A stretch of DNA of 63,382 nt, filler included, from Octopus bimaculoides (taxonomy: Eukaryota): the NCBI RefSeq assembly GCF_001194135.2. It is 6 parts of 6 records of this genome, joined end to end, with 100 filler letters (N's around TTAATTAATTAA, not from the genome) between each part and the next. Parts side by side here need not be neighbours in the genome. Positions count along the whole stretch, not along the records: positions 1 to 12,210 come from NC_069007.1; positions 12,311 to 19,189 come from NW_026335232.1; 4 more parts are not named here. One strand, given 5' to 3'. Positions 1 through 15,434 of the stretch are shown here, one piece after another; position 1 is the stretch's first letter, and every line of letters begins with the position of its first letter. The position numbers and the translations under genes are program-made. The notes beneath the pieces were generated by a model. That model saw nothing but the letters and a program-made list of their open reading frames with translations, was not told the DNA's origin and ran no database searches.

Positions 1-320
1 AATTAACTAACCGTATACATACATACAAACATATATATATATATATATATATACGTACATATATATATGTATATATATATATATTTCTGAGGGTACACGA
101 ATCCTTTGAACAAATTCATACGACAAACGAGAGGGATAAACACTCAATATTATAACGAAAAAGAAATTGGTTTATATATATATATATATATAAATATTAT
201 ATCTCACGTTGGATATCGAAATATTTATTTTGTGTCTGTCTGTTAAATGATATAACAACCACAGCACATACACACACATACATATACACCACTATTCTAC
301 TACAGTCTATACTGTAATTA

Positions 321-370
<50 letters not shown>

Positions 371-1038
371 TATGGTCATACGTACGAAGCTACATTCACG
401 CACTTGCAAATATGTTTAATTGTATATATATATACGTGTGTGTTTGTGTATGTTTATGTATGTGTTAAGATTATAAATATATATATATATATATATATAT
501 ACATTAGTTAACGTGATTGCTGTGTGTATGAGTGTTAGTGTGTATATGTGTAAGTTATAATACATTTATTTATATATATATATATATATATGCACACACA
601 CACACGCTTTTATTTTTCTCTAAGTACACACACACATATATACGTACATGTATATATGTATTAATTATGTATAAGTATTTAAATAGGGGTGTCTATACGT
701 ATATACACATGTATATATAATATGGTTTTATATACGTATTATACATGAGTAACTGTGAGTGGAAAGTGCGTGTGTGTAATAGTATATTATATACACAACA
801 CGTTTTGACCCTCGCTAAGTACACGTACAAACGCTTACATATATCCGTATACACCCACCAACCCATCCACACATATACACGTCTTTGTACATTTATATAT
901 TTATACATACACGCACGAGCACCAAACACGTATATTTAAATGTATACAATATATAATGATATTTATATAAACATACATATATGTCTACGCAAATTCATCG
1001 CTGTTAGTTATACAAACAACAGGAAAGAGAAGAATTAA

Positions 1039-1491
<453 letters not shown>

Positions 1492-1985
1492 TAACAAAAC
1501 CACAACTTTTACAATTTCTGTTGTTGTTGCCACAAATTTAGTCTTTCGGGCTGTCTCCTTCACTTTATCGGTTTTCATTCTTTCATATTTTCTTTCATTC
1601 TTCTTCCTTTTATCTTTCTTCCTTTTCTCCTGCGTTACTTCTTTCTTATTATTCTTGTTTCTCTTCGCACTTTTCTTCTCTCTTCTCTTGCTTTTCTTTT
1701 CATTTCGACTTTTTCTTTCACTTCCTTTTCGTCGTCGTCGTTCTTTCTTCTTCGTCGAACTTTCCTCTTCTTCTTATTATTATTTTTCGAAGTGCCTCCC
1801 CCTTTGGGAGTTCTATTTATTTATTTATTTATCTATTTATTTATTATATCTTTCTCCGTTTTCTTCCTCTGTTTACACGAACGTTTTTCTACCTTTTCGG
1901 ACAAAACCTTCCGTAACCTTCGTCCTGTCTTTGTCCTTACATGTTTTTAATTGATATTAGCCCTTGTGGCCAATAAAACGAATTG

Positions 1986-2020
<35 letters not shown>

Positions 2021-3031
2021 CTTCACTTCTGTCTTCTCTTTCTTCCGTCTTTCTTCGTATTCTTCTTTCACTTCCTCTTCTTCGTCTCATTCTTCTTCTT
2101 CTTCTCCTCTTCCTCCTCCTTTCCTCTTCTCTCCATCTCTGACTTTATCTTCTACGACTTCTTCCATCACTTCTTTACAATTGTCCAAATATATCACCAA
2201 CGCAGCATCTTTCCATCGCCCTCTCCGACCACCCCCTCCTTAACCCTTGACCCATAACGCCACACCTAACTCACGCCACAAACAACCCCTTTTCTCCTCT
2301 GCTTCTACCCCACAACAACTTTTCCCATATCCCACCCGCGACCACTTCTCCGAAAAACCACAAACGATTCTTTGTTTATTATTCTTGGATAAGAGAACCA
2401 GAAATAGTCGTACCTGGGTGACAGGTCAAAAGAATAGCCATTGGCTTTTATCAGACGGGATGGGGGGTGGGTGAAGGAGTCGGGGGATTAAGTAGAAGTG
2501 GTGGTGGTCGTGGAGGAGACGGCGGTGGCGNNNNNNNNNNNNNNNNNNNNNNNNNNNNNNNNNNNNNNNNNNNNNNNNNNNNNNNNNNNNNNNNNNNNNN
2601 NNNNNNNNNNNNNNNNNNNNNNNNNNNNNNNNNNNNNNNNNNNNNNNNNNNNNNNNNNNNNNNNNNNNNNNNNNNNNNNNNNNNNNNNNNNNNNNNNNNN
2701 NNNNNNNNNNNNNNNNNNNNNNNNNNNNNNNNNNNNNNNNNNNNNNNNNNNNNNNNNNNNNNNNNNNNNNNNNNNNNNNNNNNNNNNNNNNNNNNNNNNN
2801 NNNNNNNNNNNNNNNNNNNNNNNNNNNNNNNNNNNNNNNNNNNNNNNNNNNNNNNNNNNNNNNNNNNNNNNNNNNNNNNNNNNNNNNNNNNNNNNNNNNN
2901 NNNNNNNNNNNNNNNNNNNNNNNNNNNNNNNNNNNNNNNNNNNNNNNNNNNNNNNNNNNNNNNNNNNNNNNNNNNNNNNNNNNNNNNNNNNNNNNNNNNN
3001 NNNNNNNNNNNNNNNNNNNNNNNNNNNNNNN

Positions 3032-3074
<43 letters not shown>

Positions 3075-3624
3075 GTATGTATATGTATATATGCATTTAT
3101 ACATATATATTATATCTATCTATCTATCTCCCCAGTTTCTCTGTATAAATAGACATATTGTCGTATTTCGGGATGGTCATTTTCCTTCTCAAATAAACAC
3201 ACGCACTATATGTGTGTGTGTATATATATATATATATATGTATACATATATATAAACATAAATATATATATAAACATAAATATATACATGTATACATATA
3301 TATAAACATAAATNNNNNNNNNNNNNNNNNNNNNNNNNNNNNNNNNNNNNNNNNNNNNNNNNNNNNNNNNNNNNNNNNNNNNNNNNNNNNNNNNNNNNNN
3401 NNNNNNNNNNNNNTCCGTCCCTTTCCGTATGTTGAACTTTCAGCTGGCGAAGGGAGAAAAAGGTTGACAGGGTGAGGGAAGGTTAAGTGAAATGCGTAAT
3501 AAATTTGATTACGCGCGCCCGCGCGCACACTCTAACGTCCACGCGCGCACTTACACACATACATGCATACGCCCGCGCTCACACGCGCGCACATGTTAGT
3601 TTTATAGTATAATAGATGATTACA

Positions 3625-3676
<52 letters not shown>

Positions 3677-3770
3677 CTTTATCTATGTGTGTGTATGTTC
3701 ATTGAACTTCGCATTAACATTAGATATGGATGAATGGCTGAAGAGAGAGAGAGAGAGGTGAGCCTAATTG

Positions 3771-3802
<32 letters not shown>

Positions 3803-4024
3803 GGGTGGGGGTGCTGGCGATTTCTTTTTTTGTTTTTTAAACACGCGCGCACGCATATACGACATTGCATGCGCGTGCAGACAAAGATGTTCACACGNNN
3901 NNNNNNNACATTGCATGCGCGTGCAGACAAAGATGTTCACACGCCATGAGCGAACTGGACTTACATATGACAAACATTCTCTCAATTTATATGTATGTAT
4001 GTATGCATTATATATATATGTGTA

Positions 4025-4073
<49 letters not shown>

Positions 4074-5024
4074 TGGGGGTGGCTGTAATATCTGTAATAT
4101 GTCTGACAATATCTCTCTCTCAATCTCCATGTGTGTGTGTGTGTGTGTAAAAATATATATGTATGTATGTATATTTATGAGAATATCATTTTGGCACTCT
4201 CATCCGATATGGAAGCTAGTACCGAAGTTCCCTGTCAGACGGTGCTCCAGCATGGCCACAGTCAAATAACTGAAACAAGTAAAAGAGTAAAGAGATTCCT
4301 TTTTTTCTCATGAAACCATTGGTAGCCTTGTTAACCCGCAAATAATGAATATTAATCCACCATTGCGTTCGATACTACCGCGTGTGTGTCTGTGTGTGTG
4401 TCTGTGTTTGTGTCTGTGTGTGTGGTTATCGGTTCGGCCAAAGAAACGAACTGATAGATTGTTTACCAGGTTTAAAATACGAAAACGAATAAGTTATGGA
4501 GTCAAATTGTTCGACTAAAATTCTTCAATGCGGTGCCCCAGCTTGGCCGCATATCAATGCCTGAAATAAAAAAAATATATATATATAAAAGATATGTATT
4601 AAAAACAAAGAAAAGAAACTATTAAGCAATTATTTTATCTGATATATTACATGAATACCCCTCCCAACAAAACAACTAAAAGAAGGGCAGCCTTCTTCAC
4701 CAAAATCGATTCCCGAGACAGGAGACAGTGAAATAAACGCCAGAGGTGCTTTGTCCAACGTAGAAACTTGCAGAGGCTTACCATTAAGATGCTATAAGCT
4801 CTTCTGTTGGTGACTACATCTATCGCAATGTCGAAAAACTATTTTTGTATCTTTAGCAGGTGTCTCAGAATCGCAAATGTTTCCACCCTTAGACTTTGGG
4901 CTTCATCTGATGGACACAACGAGGACAGAATTTTCGGTCTCTTGTCAACCGTATCTACCTTGAGCTGGTCTCAGCTTCTCTGCTTATCTCTTTGCAGGTT
5001 TTCTTCATCTATCTGGGATCCAAG

Positions 5025-5197
5025 CAGTGGCGTAGCTAGACTATGTACTGCCCGGGACACCCCTTGAGTTTATTCCTTCATCTCGGACCCCCCAAGCCTT
5101 GACAGGCATACACAGTAGACCCAAAAGTGCCGGCCCTATGAAAACTTGGTCGTCTGGGGCGAATGGCACCTTCGACTCCCGCCTATCTACGTGACTG
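5025..5197. mobile_element. Short non-autonomous hAT-like element (MITE)
   Basis: Terminal inverted repeats CAGTGGCGTAGCTA / TATCTACGTGACTG, with a degenerate 8-bp flanking duplication GATCCAAG / GTTCCAAT. Confidence 0.55.
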
Positions 5198-5319
5198 GTT
5201 CCAATCTTCTACTGCATCAATGGCTTTTATTTTATGGTTCACTCATTATACTAGTTTGAAATTTTGGCACAGGGGACAAGTCGATTACATCGACCCCAGT
5301 CCTCAACTGGTATTTATTT

Positions 5320-5492
5320 TATTTATACGACGGGCTTCTTCCAGTTTCTGTCTACCAAATCCATTTACAACGCCTTGGTCGACCCGAGGCTATAGTAGAA
5401 GACACTTGCCCAAAGTGTCACGCAGCGGGACTGAGAACCCGTGTCTATGTGATTGGGCAGCAAGCTTCTTACCACACAGCCACGCCTGCGCC
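5320..5492 (-). mobile_element. SINE family 1, tRNA-like head and core
   Basis: Reverse-complement match to the repeat at 44393-44555, 47086-47182 and 53910-54070 (GGCAAGTGTCTTCTACTATAGCCTCGGG core). Confidence 0.8.
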
Positions 5493-5493
5493 T

Positions 5494-5536
<43 letters not shown>

Positions 5537-6442
5537 TATGTTTATATACGTATACATACATATACACAAACACGCACGCGCAAGCGTAGATTACACCCGG
5601 TTGGGAACTGTGAAACGCCGTACCTAGTTCAAACGAGTGTCCCCCCCGTACACGTGTTGGACAGAATGAGATATCTTTATTTCTTAACAATATATGTTTA
5701 TATATATATAAGAGTGTACACTATCTGTGCATATACATACGCAGTTTTGTATGTATGTAGTGTGTGTGTGTCTATTGTTTTTGAGCGGAGTGTCAACGAC
5801 CAAGTCGACGTCGTTAGCGTTCAGAAAAAGGCTTTTTGTAACCCACACGCATCGCTCTTATATGCAGCTCGGCTACACATATGCATACATGTGCACACAA
5901 CAACTCCGAGCAATGACACTCAGACACCCCCCCCCCACNNNNNNNNNNNNNNNNNNNNNNNNNNNNNNNNNNNNNNNNNNNNNNNNNNNNNNNNNNNNNN
6001 NNNNNNNNNNNNNNNNNNNNNNNNNNNNNNNNNNNNNNNNNNNNNNNNNNNNNNNNNNNNNNNNNNNNNNNNNNNNNNNNNNNNNNNNNNNNNNNNNNNN
6101 NNNNNNNNNNNNNNNNNNNNNNNNNNNNNNNNNNNNNNNNNNNNNNNNNNNNNNNNNNNNNNNNNNNNNNNNNNNNNNNNNNNNNNNNNNNNNNNNNNNN
6201 NNNNNNNNNNNNNNNNNNNNNNNNNNNNNNNNNNNNNNNNNNNNNNNNNNNNNNNNNNNNNNNNNNNNNNNNNNNNNNNNNNNNNNNNNNNNNNNNNNNN
6301 NNNNNNNNNNNNNNNNNNNNNNNNNNNNNNNNNNNNNNNNNNNNNNNNNNNNNNNNNNNNNNNNNNNNNNNNNNNNNNNNNNNNNNNNNNNNNNNNNNNN
6401 NNNNNNNNNNNNNNNNNNNNNNNNNNNNNNNNNNNNNNNNNN

Positions 6443-7820
6443 GGCTAGCGTTGTGGTAATGTCTGAAATGGGTGGTTGTGGTGCTAGTGACGGTGGTGGT
6501 GGTATGGGGTTGTTGGCGGTAATGTTTGTGGTCGATGTGGTGGCAGCGGCGGCGGCGGCGGTGGATGTGGTTGTGGTTGTGGTTGTAGTGGTGATGGCGG
6601 CAGTGGTAAATAATGTCGCTGGTCGTCCTGTGGTAATTTATCGGCGGTTGTGATGTGGTGACGTTGATGCCGTGACACGCAGCGAGGTGGCGTCTTTGAT
6701 AGTGTCAATGCCAAAATCACCCCGACCTTCACCTCCACCACCCCCACACACACCTGATTTAGCTGCAAGACATATAAAAAGACGCTCCAAACATGACAAT
6801 CCAGCCTAATTTATTTTTCAAAACGTAGGATATCTAGTAATACATTCGCCCAGTGTGATCTACCCTTTCGTCAAAACAAGATCTTAATTTACGGTAGTTT
6901 TTGGCTGTTATTTCTAGCAAACTGACATTCCTAATAGAGACATCTTCATTTGCTTTTCTTGTTGTTGTTATTGTTTAATACTTGGTCACTCACGGTCAAG
7001 CAGACGTGTAGCAAAATAGAACCTCTTAGCTTTGACCATAGTTTATCTTGGACTATAGTATTCAATGTGTCCTTCCTGCTTAAGACAAACGAAAGATTTG
7101 GCTTCTATTTCTAGCAAGATACCGCTCCACGTAAGATCGTTGCTGTTGTTGTTTTTTGTTTAACCCTAAGTAAAATATAAAAAGAAAACAGCCTAGCTGT
7201 GACCATGGTTTACCTAAGACTACACCATACAATGTGTTCTTCCTGTTTAAGACACAAAAGGTCGTTATTGAAAGAAGACATAGTTGCTATTACTAGCATA
7301 TCGTGTGACCTCATTGTCGTAAAGCGGTCTGGCGCGGTGTCGCAGTGGCGGTGGTGGTGGGTGTCAAGGAGTATAGGGGGTGGGAGGCACGGAAGGAGAC
7401 TTGTAAAGATGTCATCGCCAGCTGCCATTGTGTGCCATCCCTTAATGACGTCGACCCTTCAGCTTCCTCCACCAACTCTTCCTCACATCCCTCACCCCCA
7501 CCTGACTCCACACCATTTCTTCCTCTCCTTAGACAATCGAGGGGCGAGGTGGGAGGAGAACTACAGAGGTCACGCTGCTAGTGGCGGTGGCGGTGGTGGT
7601 GGTGGTGGTGATTATGGTATTGGCGCTTGTGGTTCACAGTAGCGGTGTAGCTAAGGCGGTGGTAGTGGTGGTAGCGGCGGTGCTGGTGATTATGGTATTG
7701 GCGCTTGTGGTTCACAGTAGTGGTGTAGCTAAGGCGGTAGTGGTGGAGGTAGCGGTGATGGTTGTGGTGGCGGCGGTGGTAGTTGTACTTGTGGTCTTGA
7801 TGGTGGTATTGCTTGTTGTA

Positions 7821-7883
<63 letters not shown>

Positions 7884-8100
7884 ATAATGACTGTAGTAGT
7901 TTTCGTGATGATGGTGGTGGTGGTGACAAGGTTTATAATGATGTAGTATTGGTTGTTGTAATGATGGTGGTGCTGGTGCTGGTAGTAATGGTAACGGCTG
8001 ATGTGAAGGATGTGGTAACCACCACCACCACCACCCATTCCTTGCGGTAGTTGCGGTGCTGGTGGTGGTGGTGCTAGTGGTGGCGGTGGGGCGGGTTGTT
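6443..8100. repeat. GC-rich trinucleotide low-complexity tract (GGT/GGC/GTA) with a ~78-bp tandem duplication at ~7608-7760
   Basis: Visible codon-like repeats. GGTGATTATGGTATTGGCGCTTGTGGTTCACAGTAG...GCTAAGGCGGT occurs twice. Confidence 0.85.
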
Positions 8101-9304
8101 TACCGATCTGTGCGGTTTCCGTGATGAACATAACACTAATGGTTGGAAATTGTTGTTGTTATGTTTTTATGGCTCATGTTTGTTTCTCTTTTATTTTTTC
8201 TTTGCTCGCGACATTCCCTACGCCAACTCTGAGATANNNNNNNNNNNNNNNNNNNNNNNNNNNNNNNNNNNNNNNNNNNNNNNNNNNNNNNNNNNNNNNN
8301 NNNNNNNNNNNNNNNNNNNNNNNNNNNNNNNNNNNNNNNNNNNNNNNNNNNNNNNNNNNNNNNNNNNNNNNNNNNNNNNNNNNNNNNNNNNNNNNNNNNN
8401 NNNNNNNNNNNNNNNNNNNNNNNNNNNNNNNNNNNNNNNNNNNNNNNNNNNNNNNNNNNNNNNNNNNNNNNNNNNNNNNNNNNNNNNNNNNNNNNNNNNN
8501 NNNNNNNNNNNNNNNNNNNNNNNNNNNNNNNNNNNNNNNNNNNNNNNNNNNNNNNNNNNNNNNNNNNNNNNNNNNNNNNNNNNNNNNNNNNNNNNNNNNN
8601 NNNNNNNNNNNNNNNNNNNNNNNNNNNNNNNNNNNNNNNNNNNNNNNNNNNNNNNNNNNNNNNNNNNNNNNNNNNNNNNNNNNNNNNNNNNNNNNNNNNN
8701 NNNNNNNNNNNNNNNNNNNNNNNNNNNNNNNNNNNNNNNNNNNNNNNNNNNNNNNNNNNNNNNNNNNNNNNNNNNNNNNNNNNNNNNNNNNNNNNNNNNN
8801 NNNNNNNNNNNNNNNNNNNNNNNNNNNNNNNNNNNNNNNNNNNNNNNNNNNNNNNNNNNNNNNNNNNNNNNNNNNNNNNNNNNNNNNNNNNNNNNNNNNN
8901 NNNNNNNNNNNNNNNNNNNNNNNNNNNNNNNNNNATATATATATATATATATACATATATATAAATATATATAAAATACAAAAATGGGACAAGAACGCAA
9001 AACATCCAGACAGACAATACAAAGTAAACAAGGACGGGTCATTCGGAGTTTTCTTTCCCCAGTCGAGTTTCAGATTATCTTTGCAATTTCGGCTGGTTAT
9101 ACTCGAGATTGCTCCAATCTGGCCAACCCCAAGGAAAAACTAAGCTATAAGAGCACTAGATTCCTTGGAAGAAAGCAGCGAATGTATACGAAAACAAGGC
9201 CGGAAAAAAACCCCCAGAGAAATGTTACGCAAATACAAATGCAATAAACAGGACATAGCTATATATATATATATATATATACATACATACATACACACAC
9301 ATAT

Positions 9305-10070
9305 AACTTAGATATGTTTCGACCAAAGATTGGTCCAGGTTATGTCTAACTTAATAGCACCACCTGATAGGATTATCTAAATCCTTTAAGTCAAGTTTTG
9401 TAGTATCATGGTCCATTCGAGTAGGGAGTTCTTGTTGTGCGAGTTGTATCAAGATATGGGTGGCTTATCTGGTATTCCTTGAAGAAATTTGTCCAGGTTC
9501 CGCTTAAAGCTGATGGGATCCTTTTCCTCTTTGATCAGTTTTGAGACAGGGCCTGTTGAAGAAAAGAAATTGTGTTGCAGTGTATTTATGTGTTGTGATC
9601 CTGAATTGGGTAGGGGGCGTAAGGCCCGTGGTCCTAGCCTTGGATGAATTTTGAAGCTAATGCTGAGGTCGTTTGGGCAACGCTGTCGGTATATTCTCCA
9701 CATCGTACAAATGAGGTACTGCTCGCGGCGGCACTGGAGAGAGTAGAGTTTCAAGGCTTTAAGGCGGTCCCAGTAATCGAGATCAGTCATGCCCTTAATT
9801 CTTTTAGTGAATGCCCTCTGAGGTGATTCAATTTTCGAGATGTTTTGTTTTGTATGGGAAGACCACAGGGGGCAGCAGTATTCGAGGTGTGGCCGTACAA
9901 AGGAGAAAAGTGGAATGATGACACCTTGTTCTCTGGACCGGAAGGTTCTTAGGTTCCAGGAGCTCATCCTACGAGCAATATCGACTTTATTGTTGATGTG
10001 GGCACTCCAACTGAGATTGTTATCAACAATTACTCATAGGTCTCTGATATTATTAGATACTATGAGAGGT
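9305..10070 (-). mobile_element. CR1-clade LINE, 5'-truncated 3' fragment (ORF2 C-terminus and 3' UTR)
   Basis: The minus-strand ORF at 9449-9967 encodes FVRPHLEYCCPLWSSHTKQNISKIESPQRAFTKRIKGMTDLDYWDRLKALKLYSLQCRRE, typical of the CR1 ORF2 C-terminus. The 3' end has a GACCA-ATCTT-TGGTC stem-loop followed by GAAAC. Confidence 0.9.
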
Positions 10071-10115
10071 TTCCCTACTTACATACATCTATATATACAT
10101 ACATACATACATTCT

Positions 10116-10175
<60 letters not shown>

Positions 10176-10621
10176 ATTTGGTTTGTATGTGTATATACTG
10201 TAAGTCTGTTTTGTGTATATGTTACATTTAAGAAGACATTCGTTGTGTAACACGTAAAGGCGTCACGACATATACACTCACTCACACACACAGACATACA
10301 TACACTCACACCACACACGCATGTATATGTGCGAGTGTGTGTTAACATATGTAGAACAGTTGACACGACAAAGTCCTCGAAATGGCTTCGGCAACAATGG
10401 AATATAGCATTATACCAGCCACTGTTATTTTAATATTTTATTCACATATTTTCTATCAGAGAAAAACTTGTATAAATCGTCTGTTCGGGTTACTATGGTT
10501 TCCCTCTAATTTAACTTGACCTACACCGGAAGCTGCCTGCCATCTTGCCATTGTTCACTTCCGCTTTCTTCTCAGCCGCAGCTTTTAATATGTCTACGTT
10601 TGTATATATGCATTTCATATA

Positions 10622-10665
<44 letters not shown>

Positions 10666-12254
10666 TTACCTAAACATATACACATACATATATGTATGTG
10701 TGTGGATATTTTATTGTGTAATTTCATATACGTTTTTACGTTTTTTCTCTCTCTATATTCAGGGTGTTTTTCTTTTATTTCATATATTATAATCATTTGC
10801 CGCCATCATCCCCTCTGGTACTAACAATCTCTCGATTGTATGTGCGTGTGTGTGTGTGTGTGTGCGTGTGTGTGTGTGTGGTTATCGTCTTAAATTCAGG
10901 TTATCATCTTAAAGCTTGTTTTAAGAACGTGGGGGTGACTTAGTCTCGAGAGTAGAGTCAGATTCATTACAAGCTCCGTGTCGAAACTTCAAGTTTCCAC
11001 TCGAGGCCATGAATATTTTCAGCCACCATGTAATTGACCTGCGGATTAGTCTATCGGTTCCCATATCAGCACCCTTCTATATGAGGGTATACACATGCAT
11101 TCAGATTTATTCATATATGTTTGTATATGTATATTTTATATCTGTGTTAATAATGACGTAGCATCTACTGTATAACTGAGGAGGTTATGAAACAGCTGTA
11201 AGCATATGGAATAAACCTCTACTCTCTCACCTCACTTCTTTTATCTGTTCCAAATACATGCGTGTGTGTGTGTGAGACCCTCAAACGCGTGCATGCTCGC
11301 ACAAATAGTGAGATAGTAAGAGAGAAGGAGGAAGAGAACAGTAAGATGACTGGAGGATTATTTGGCTAAGATTTCTAGCAGGTTCGGCTACTTCATAGTA
11401 GTCGTCTTTGTTTCCTCATACAAAAGTAGACATATGCATGAAACATTAGTTCTAGGGAGATACGAGTGCTATTTCTACGAGGTCTACCCACCACAAATTG
11501 GCCTTCTACATTGACATATACATATAGTAGTTTATAGTGTGCGATTTATGTGATTTAGTTATAGTTTTAGCACTTCAAGATATCGAAATACTTTACTTCT
11601 TTTTAAAAGGCTGACATAAGAGAGAGTGACAATTTTTTTCTTTAATCTTACGCCATTGCACACTCTTCCTTTTCTTTCTCTGTCTATTTTCTCCATGAAT
11701 GTCTCTCACTCTTTTAACAGTCCCTTCATCTCTCTCTCTCTATCTCTCTTTCTCTTTCTCTCAACCTATCTATCTATATTTAATTCTCTCTCTATTCCAG
11801 AGAGAGGCAGAGAGAAAGACAAAGAAAGATTAAAGAGAGAGACAGGAAGGAAGAGAAGAAAAGAGTTTGACGTAACACAAACGTATTTTCGAATCTTTCT
11901 TTGATTCGACACTAACACTCTATTCCAACATTAAAACGTATATTTTACCAGTATATTTTACCAGTAGAACCGTCTGACTTTCTCCGTACTTTCTTCCTAA
12001 ACAGTACGGAATAATAGATTTGGGCAAATATAATTGTTGCTTTTCAAAATATATTTTGTACGAGCGTTTCGATTTGTACATTCTGAATATAAGGGAGATA
12101 TACACAATAGAGACAGATCGATGTTTAAAATCTTACCTGCTTAAAATTTTATCTAATGAAAGTGAATAGAATATTATGATGTGATCTTTTACGACTACAT
12201 TAAATTATCTNNNNNNNNNNNNNNNNNNNNNNNNNNNNNNNNNNNNNNNNNNNN

Positions 12255-12266
12255 TTAATTAATTAA
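12255..12266. other. Synthetic scaffold-join linker TTAATTAATTAA inside N-runs (also 19234-19245, 45878-45889, 55406-55417, 61455-61466)
   Basis: The same 12-mer, with stops in all six frames, sits inside N-runs five times. The first block is 44 N + 12 + 44 N = 100 nt. Confidence 0.9.
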
Positions 12267-12310
12267 NNNNNNNNNNNNNNNNNNNNNNNNNNNNNNNNNN
12301 NNNNNNNNNN

Positions 12311-12375
<65 letters not shown>

Positions 12376-12750
12376 ATATATATCAGTATATACATGAATT
12401 TTGTGCGTATACATACGTAGACTGTGTTGTAAATGAAATCTCGTATAAATGACACTAATCTGCACCAAGACATAATTCTTATCTACCAGACTTCTTTTGC
12501 ATCCAAGATCCAAGGAGCATTCTGTCTCATTTGACGGGTCGTCTACCCATCTTTCTTCCTCTCTCTCACTCACTCACTCTTTCGCTCTCTATCTATGTAT
12601 CTGTCTATCTATCTATCCATTCATCCAACCATCTAGGTATGTATACATCTATCTGTTTTCCTCTTGCTCTCTCCGTATATGTGTAGACACACACACACAC
12701 ACACACACATACATATGATTGTATACACATGATAGTATATATTTATATTG

Positions 12751-12781
<31 letters not shown>

Positions 12782-13734
12782 TGTATGTACTATATGTGTG
12801 TACGTGCTGTCAGTCATCTACATGCATCTGCCCGAGGTTAACTGTCCTTTGAACAGAATATATATATATGACAAAAGAATATATATATGTATATATATAT
12901 GTATATGTATGTATGTATGTATTTCATTATATATACATGTATATATATAAATACATTCTTCTATATGTTTCAGCCTTGACATATATATACATGCATACAT
13001 ATATATACGTTATACATATATATATTTATAATTGGGTATACGCATATATTCATAATTAGATATATGTCAATATATATATATATATTGTGTCATATTTCTA
13101 TCTATCTGTCCGTCTGTCTATNNNNNNNNNNNNNNNNNNNNNNNNNNNNNNNNNNNNNNNNNNNNNNNNNNNNNNNNNNNNNNNNNNNNNNNNNNNNNNN
13201 NNNNNNNNNNNNNNNNNNNNNNNNNNNNNNNNNNNNNNNNNNNNNNNNNNNNNNNNNNNNNNNNNNNNNNNNNNNNNNNNNNNNNNNNNNNNNNNNNNNN
13301 NNNNNNNNNNNNNNNNNNNNNNNNNNNNNNNNNNNNNNNNNNNNNNNNNNNNNNNNNNNNNNNNNNNNNNNNNNNNNNNNNNNNNNNNNNNNNNNNNNNN
13401 NNNNNNNNNNNNNNNNNNNNNNNNNNNNNNNNNNNNNNNNNNNNNNNNNNNNNNNNNNNNNNNNNNNNNNNNNNNNNNNNNNNNNNNNNNNNNNNNNNNN
13501 NNNNNNNNNNNNNNNNNNNATTTCGAGATAATCTCTTGTCTCAATATCGAGAATGTTCGGTGATATAATGCGACTCGTGTCGGTTGTCAATAAATAGAAC
13601 AGGGGGCGCTGGAGCTTGTTGTTGTTGTTATTGGTGGTGGTGGTGGTGATGGTGATTGTGATGGTGTCATGGCTAAGTTTAAATTTGGAAGCAGAGTTTT
13701 ACTGCGGGCGGAACGGAGCCAAAATTTAGGAACT

Positions 13735-13802
<68 letters not shown>

Positions 13803-13917
13803 CTATTTTAGTAGTTATGTGATCATGACTATATTATGTAAGCTTGCATATGTATGTATGTATGTATATGTGTGTGTATGTGTGTGTGTGAATACCTGGG
13901 TTTCTATGTCATTGTGA

Positions 13918-13958
<41 letters not shown>

Positions 13959-14120
13959 ATTATGAAGTTTTGTGTATAAGTATACGTATATATATTTCGA
14001 TTATATTTGTCATATAAGCCTCTGACTTTATAAAATAATATATACACGAGCACAGATTTAGTTGTCTCTCTGTCTCTCTCTCTCACTCTCTCTGTGTCTC
14101 TCTCACTTTTGTATCTCCGA

Positions 14121-14159
<39 letters not shown>

Positions 14160-14422
14160 GACATGAATACATTTTTACATATATATGGAATTGTAAATAC
14201 CATAAAGATATATATACATATATATATATGTATACATATACACTTACATATATAAGTATATATGTATGCACACACACATATATGTATATATATATATATA
14301 TATTAGTATAAGTGTATATATATATTTATGTCGGTGTCAATGTGTCTCTGTATGTTTGTGTATATATACATATATACACAAACATACATATATATACACA
14401 TCTATATATATAAAAGTAAGCA

Positions 14423-14476
<54 letters not shown>

Positions 14477-15434
14477 NNNNNNNNNNNNNNNNNNNNNNNN
14501 NNNNNNNNNNNNNNNNNNNNNNNNNNNNNNNNNNNNNNNNNNNNNNNNNNNNNNNNNNNNNNNNNNNNNNNNNNNNNNNNNNNNNNNNNNNNNNNNNNNN
14601 NNNNNNNNNNNNNNNNNNNNNNNNNNNNNNNNNNNNNNNNNNNNNNNNNNNNNNNNNNNNNNNNNNNNNNNNNNNNNNNNNNNNNNNNNNNNNNNNNNNN
14701 NNNNNNNNNNNNNNNNNNNNNNNNNNNNNNNNNNNNNNNNNNNNNNNNNNNNNNNNNNNNNNNNNNNNNNNNNNNNNNNNNNNNNNNNNNNNNNNNNNNN
14801 NNNNNNNNNNNNNNNNNNNNNNNNNNNNNNNNNNNNNNNNNNNNNNNNNNNNNNNNNNNNNNNNNNNNNNNNNNNNNNNNNNNNNNNNATATATATATAT
14901 ATATATATATGTATGTATATATATATATATAAATATCTATATATGCATATATATCGTGTGTGTGTGTGTGTATATATGAATATTACTGTTAAGTACTTCC
15001 ATTTACGTAAACAAAAACTTTTGTCAGTTTCCGAGGTCCCGTCATTGCTTTTTCTGGAATTCTTGTTATCGTTGTTGTTGTTGTTGTTGTTGTTGATCAT
15101 ATTCTGTTCTGATTGATTGACGGGACACACTTGAGTCCTCTCAGTCGCAACATCTTGATTTCTTACTTGTTATTAAACTTGCCGCGATTGTTGTCTCTCG
15201 TCCTTTTCCCTCTTTATAGGATTGTCCTTTTGCCCTCCTCCTTCCCCCACTATTCCTCCTCCTCTTCCTTCTCCTCTTCGACTACACCCTTATCATAAAC
15301 GACACCAGCGCCATCAATAGTATTAGTTGCAGTCTTCTATCATAATTCCATTGACATCTTGGATGTTTTATGGGAATATTAAATCTACCCCAATATAGCA
15401 CTGCTACTTTATTTTATCCGCCCCATACGCAATG

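Noticed and set aside
1498-1505. AACCACAA as an autoregulatory RUNX site near the donor
   Set aside because: A single short motif is expected by chance, and there is no clustering or conservation evidence.
2457-2486. Possible G-quadruplex downstream of the Runx exon
   Set aside because: It has one long loop and lies in low-complexity G-rich sequence next to a gap, with no supporting evidence.
3876-3945. 36-bp direct repeat separated by 10 N
   Set aside because: This is the typical signature of overlapping contig ends in an assembly.
4781-5020. Coding-like stretch on the minus strand with few stops
   Set aside because: No recognisable motif, so I cannot assign it without a database search.
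7199-8131. Poly-V, poly-T, poly-G and poly-P ORFs on both strands
   Set aside because: They are translations of GGT/GTA trinucleotide repeats with no domain signal.
12211-12310. TTAATTAATTAA as a conserved biological motif
   Set aside because: It always sits inside N-runs, so it is a synthetic spacer.
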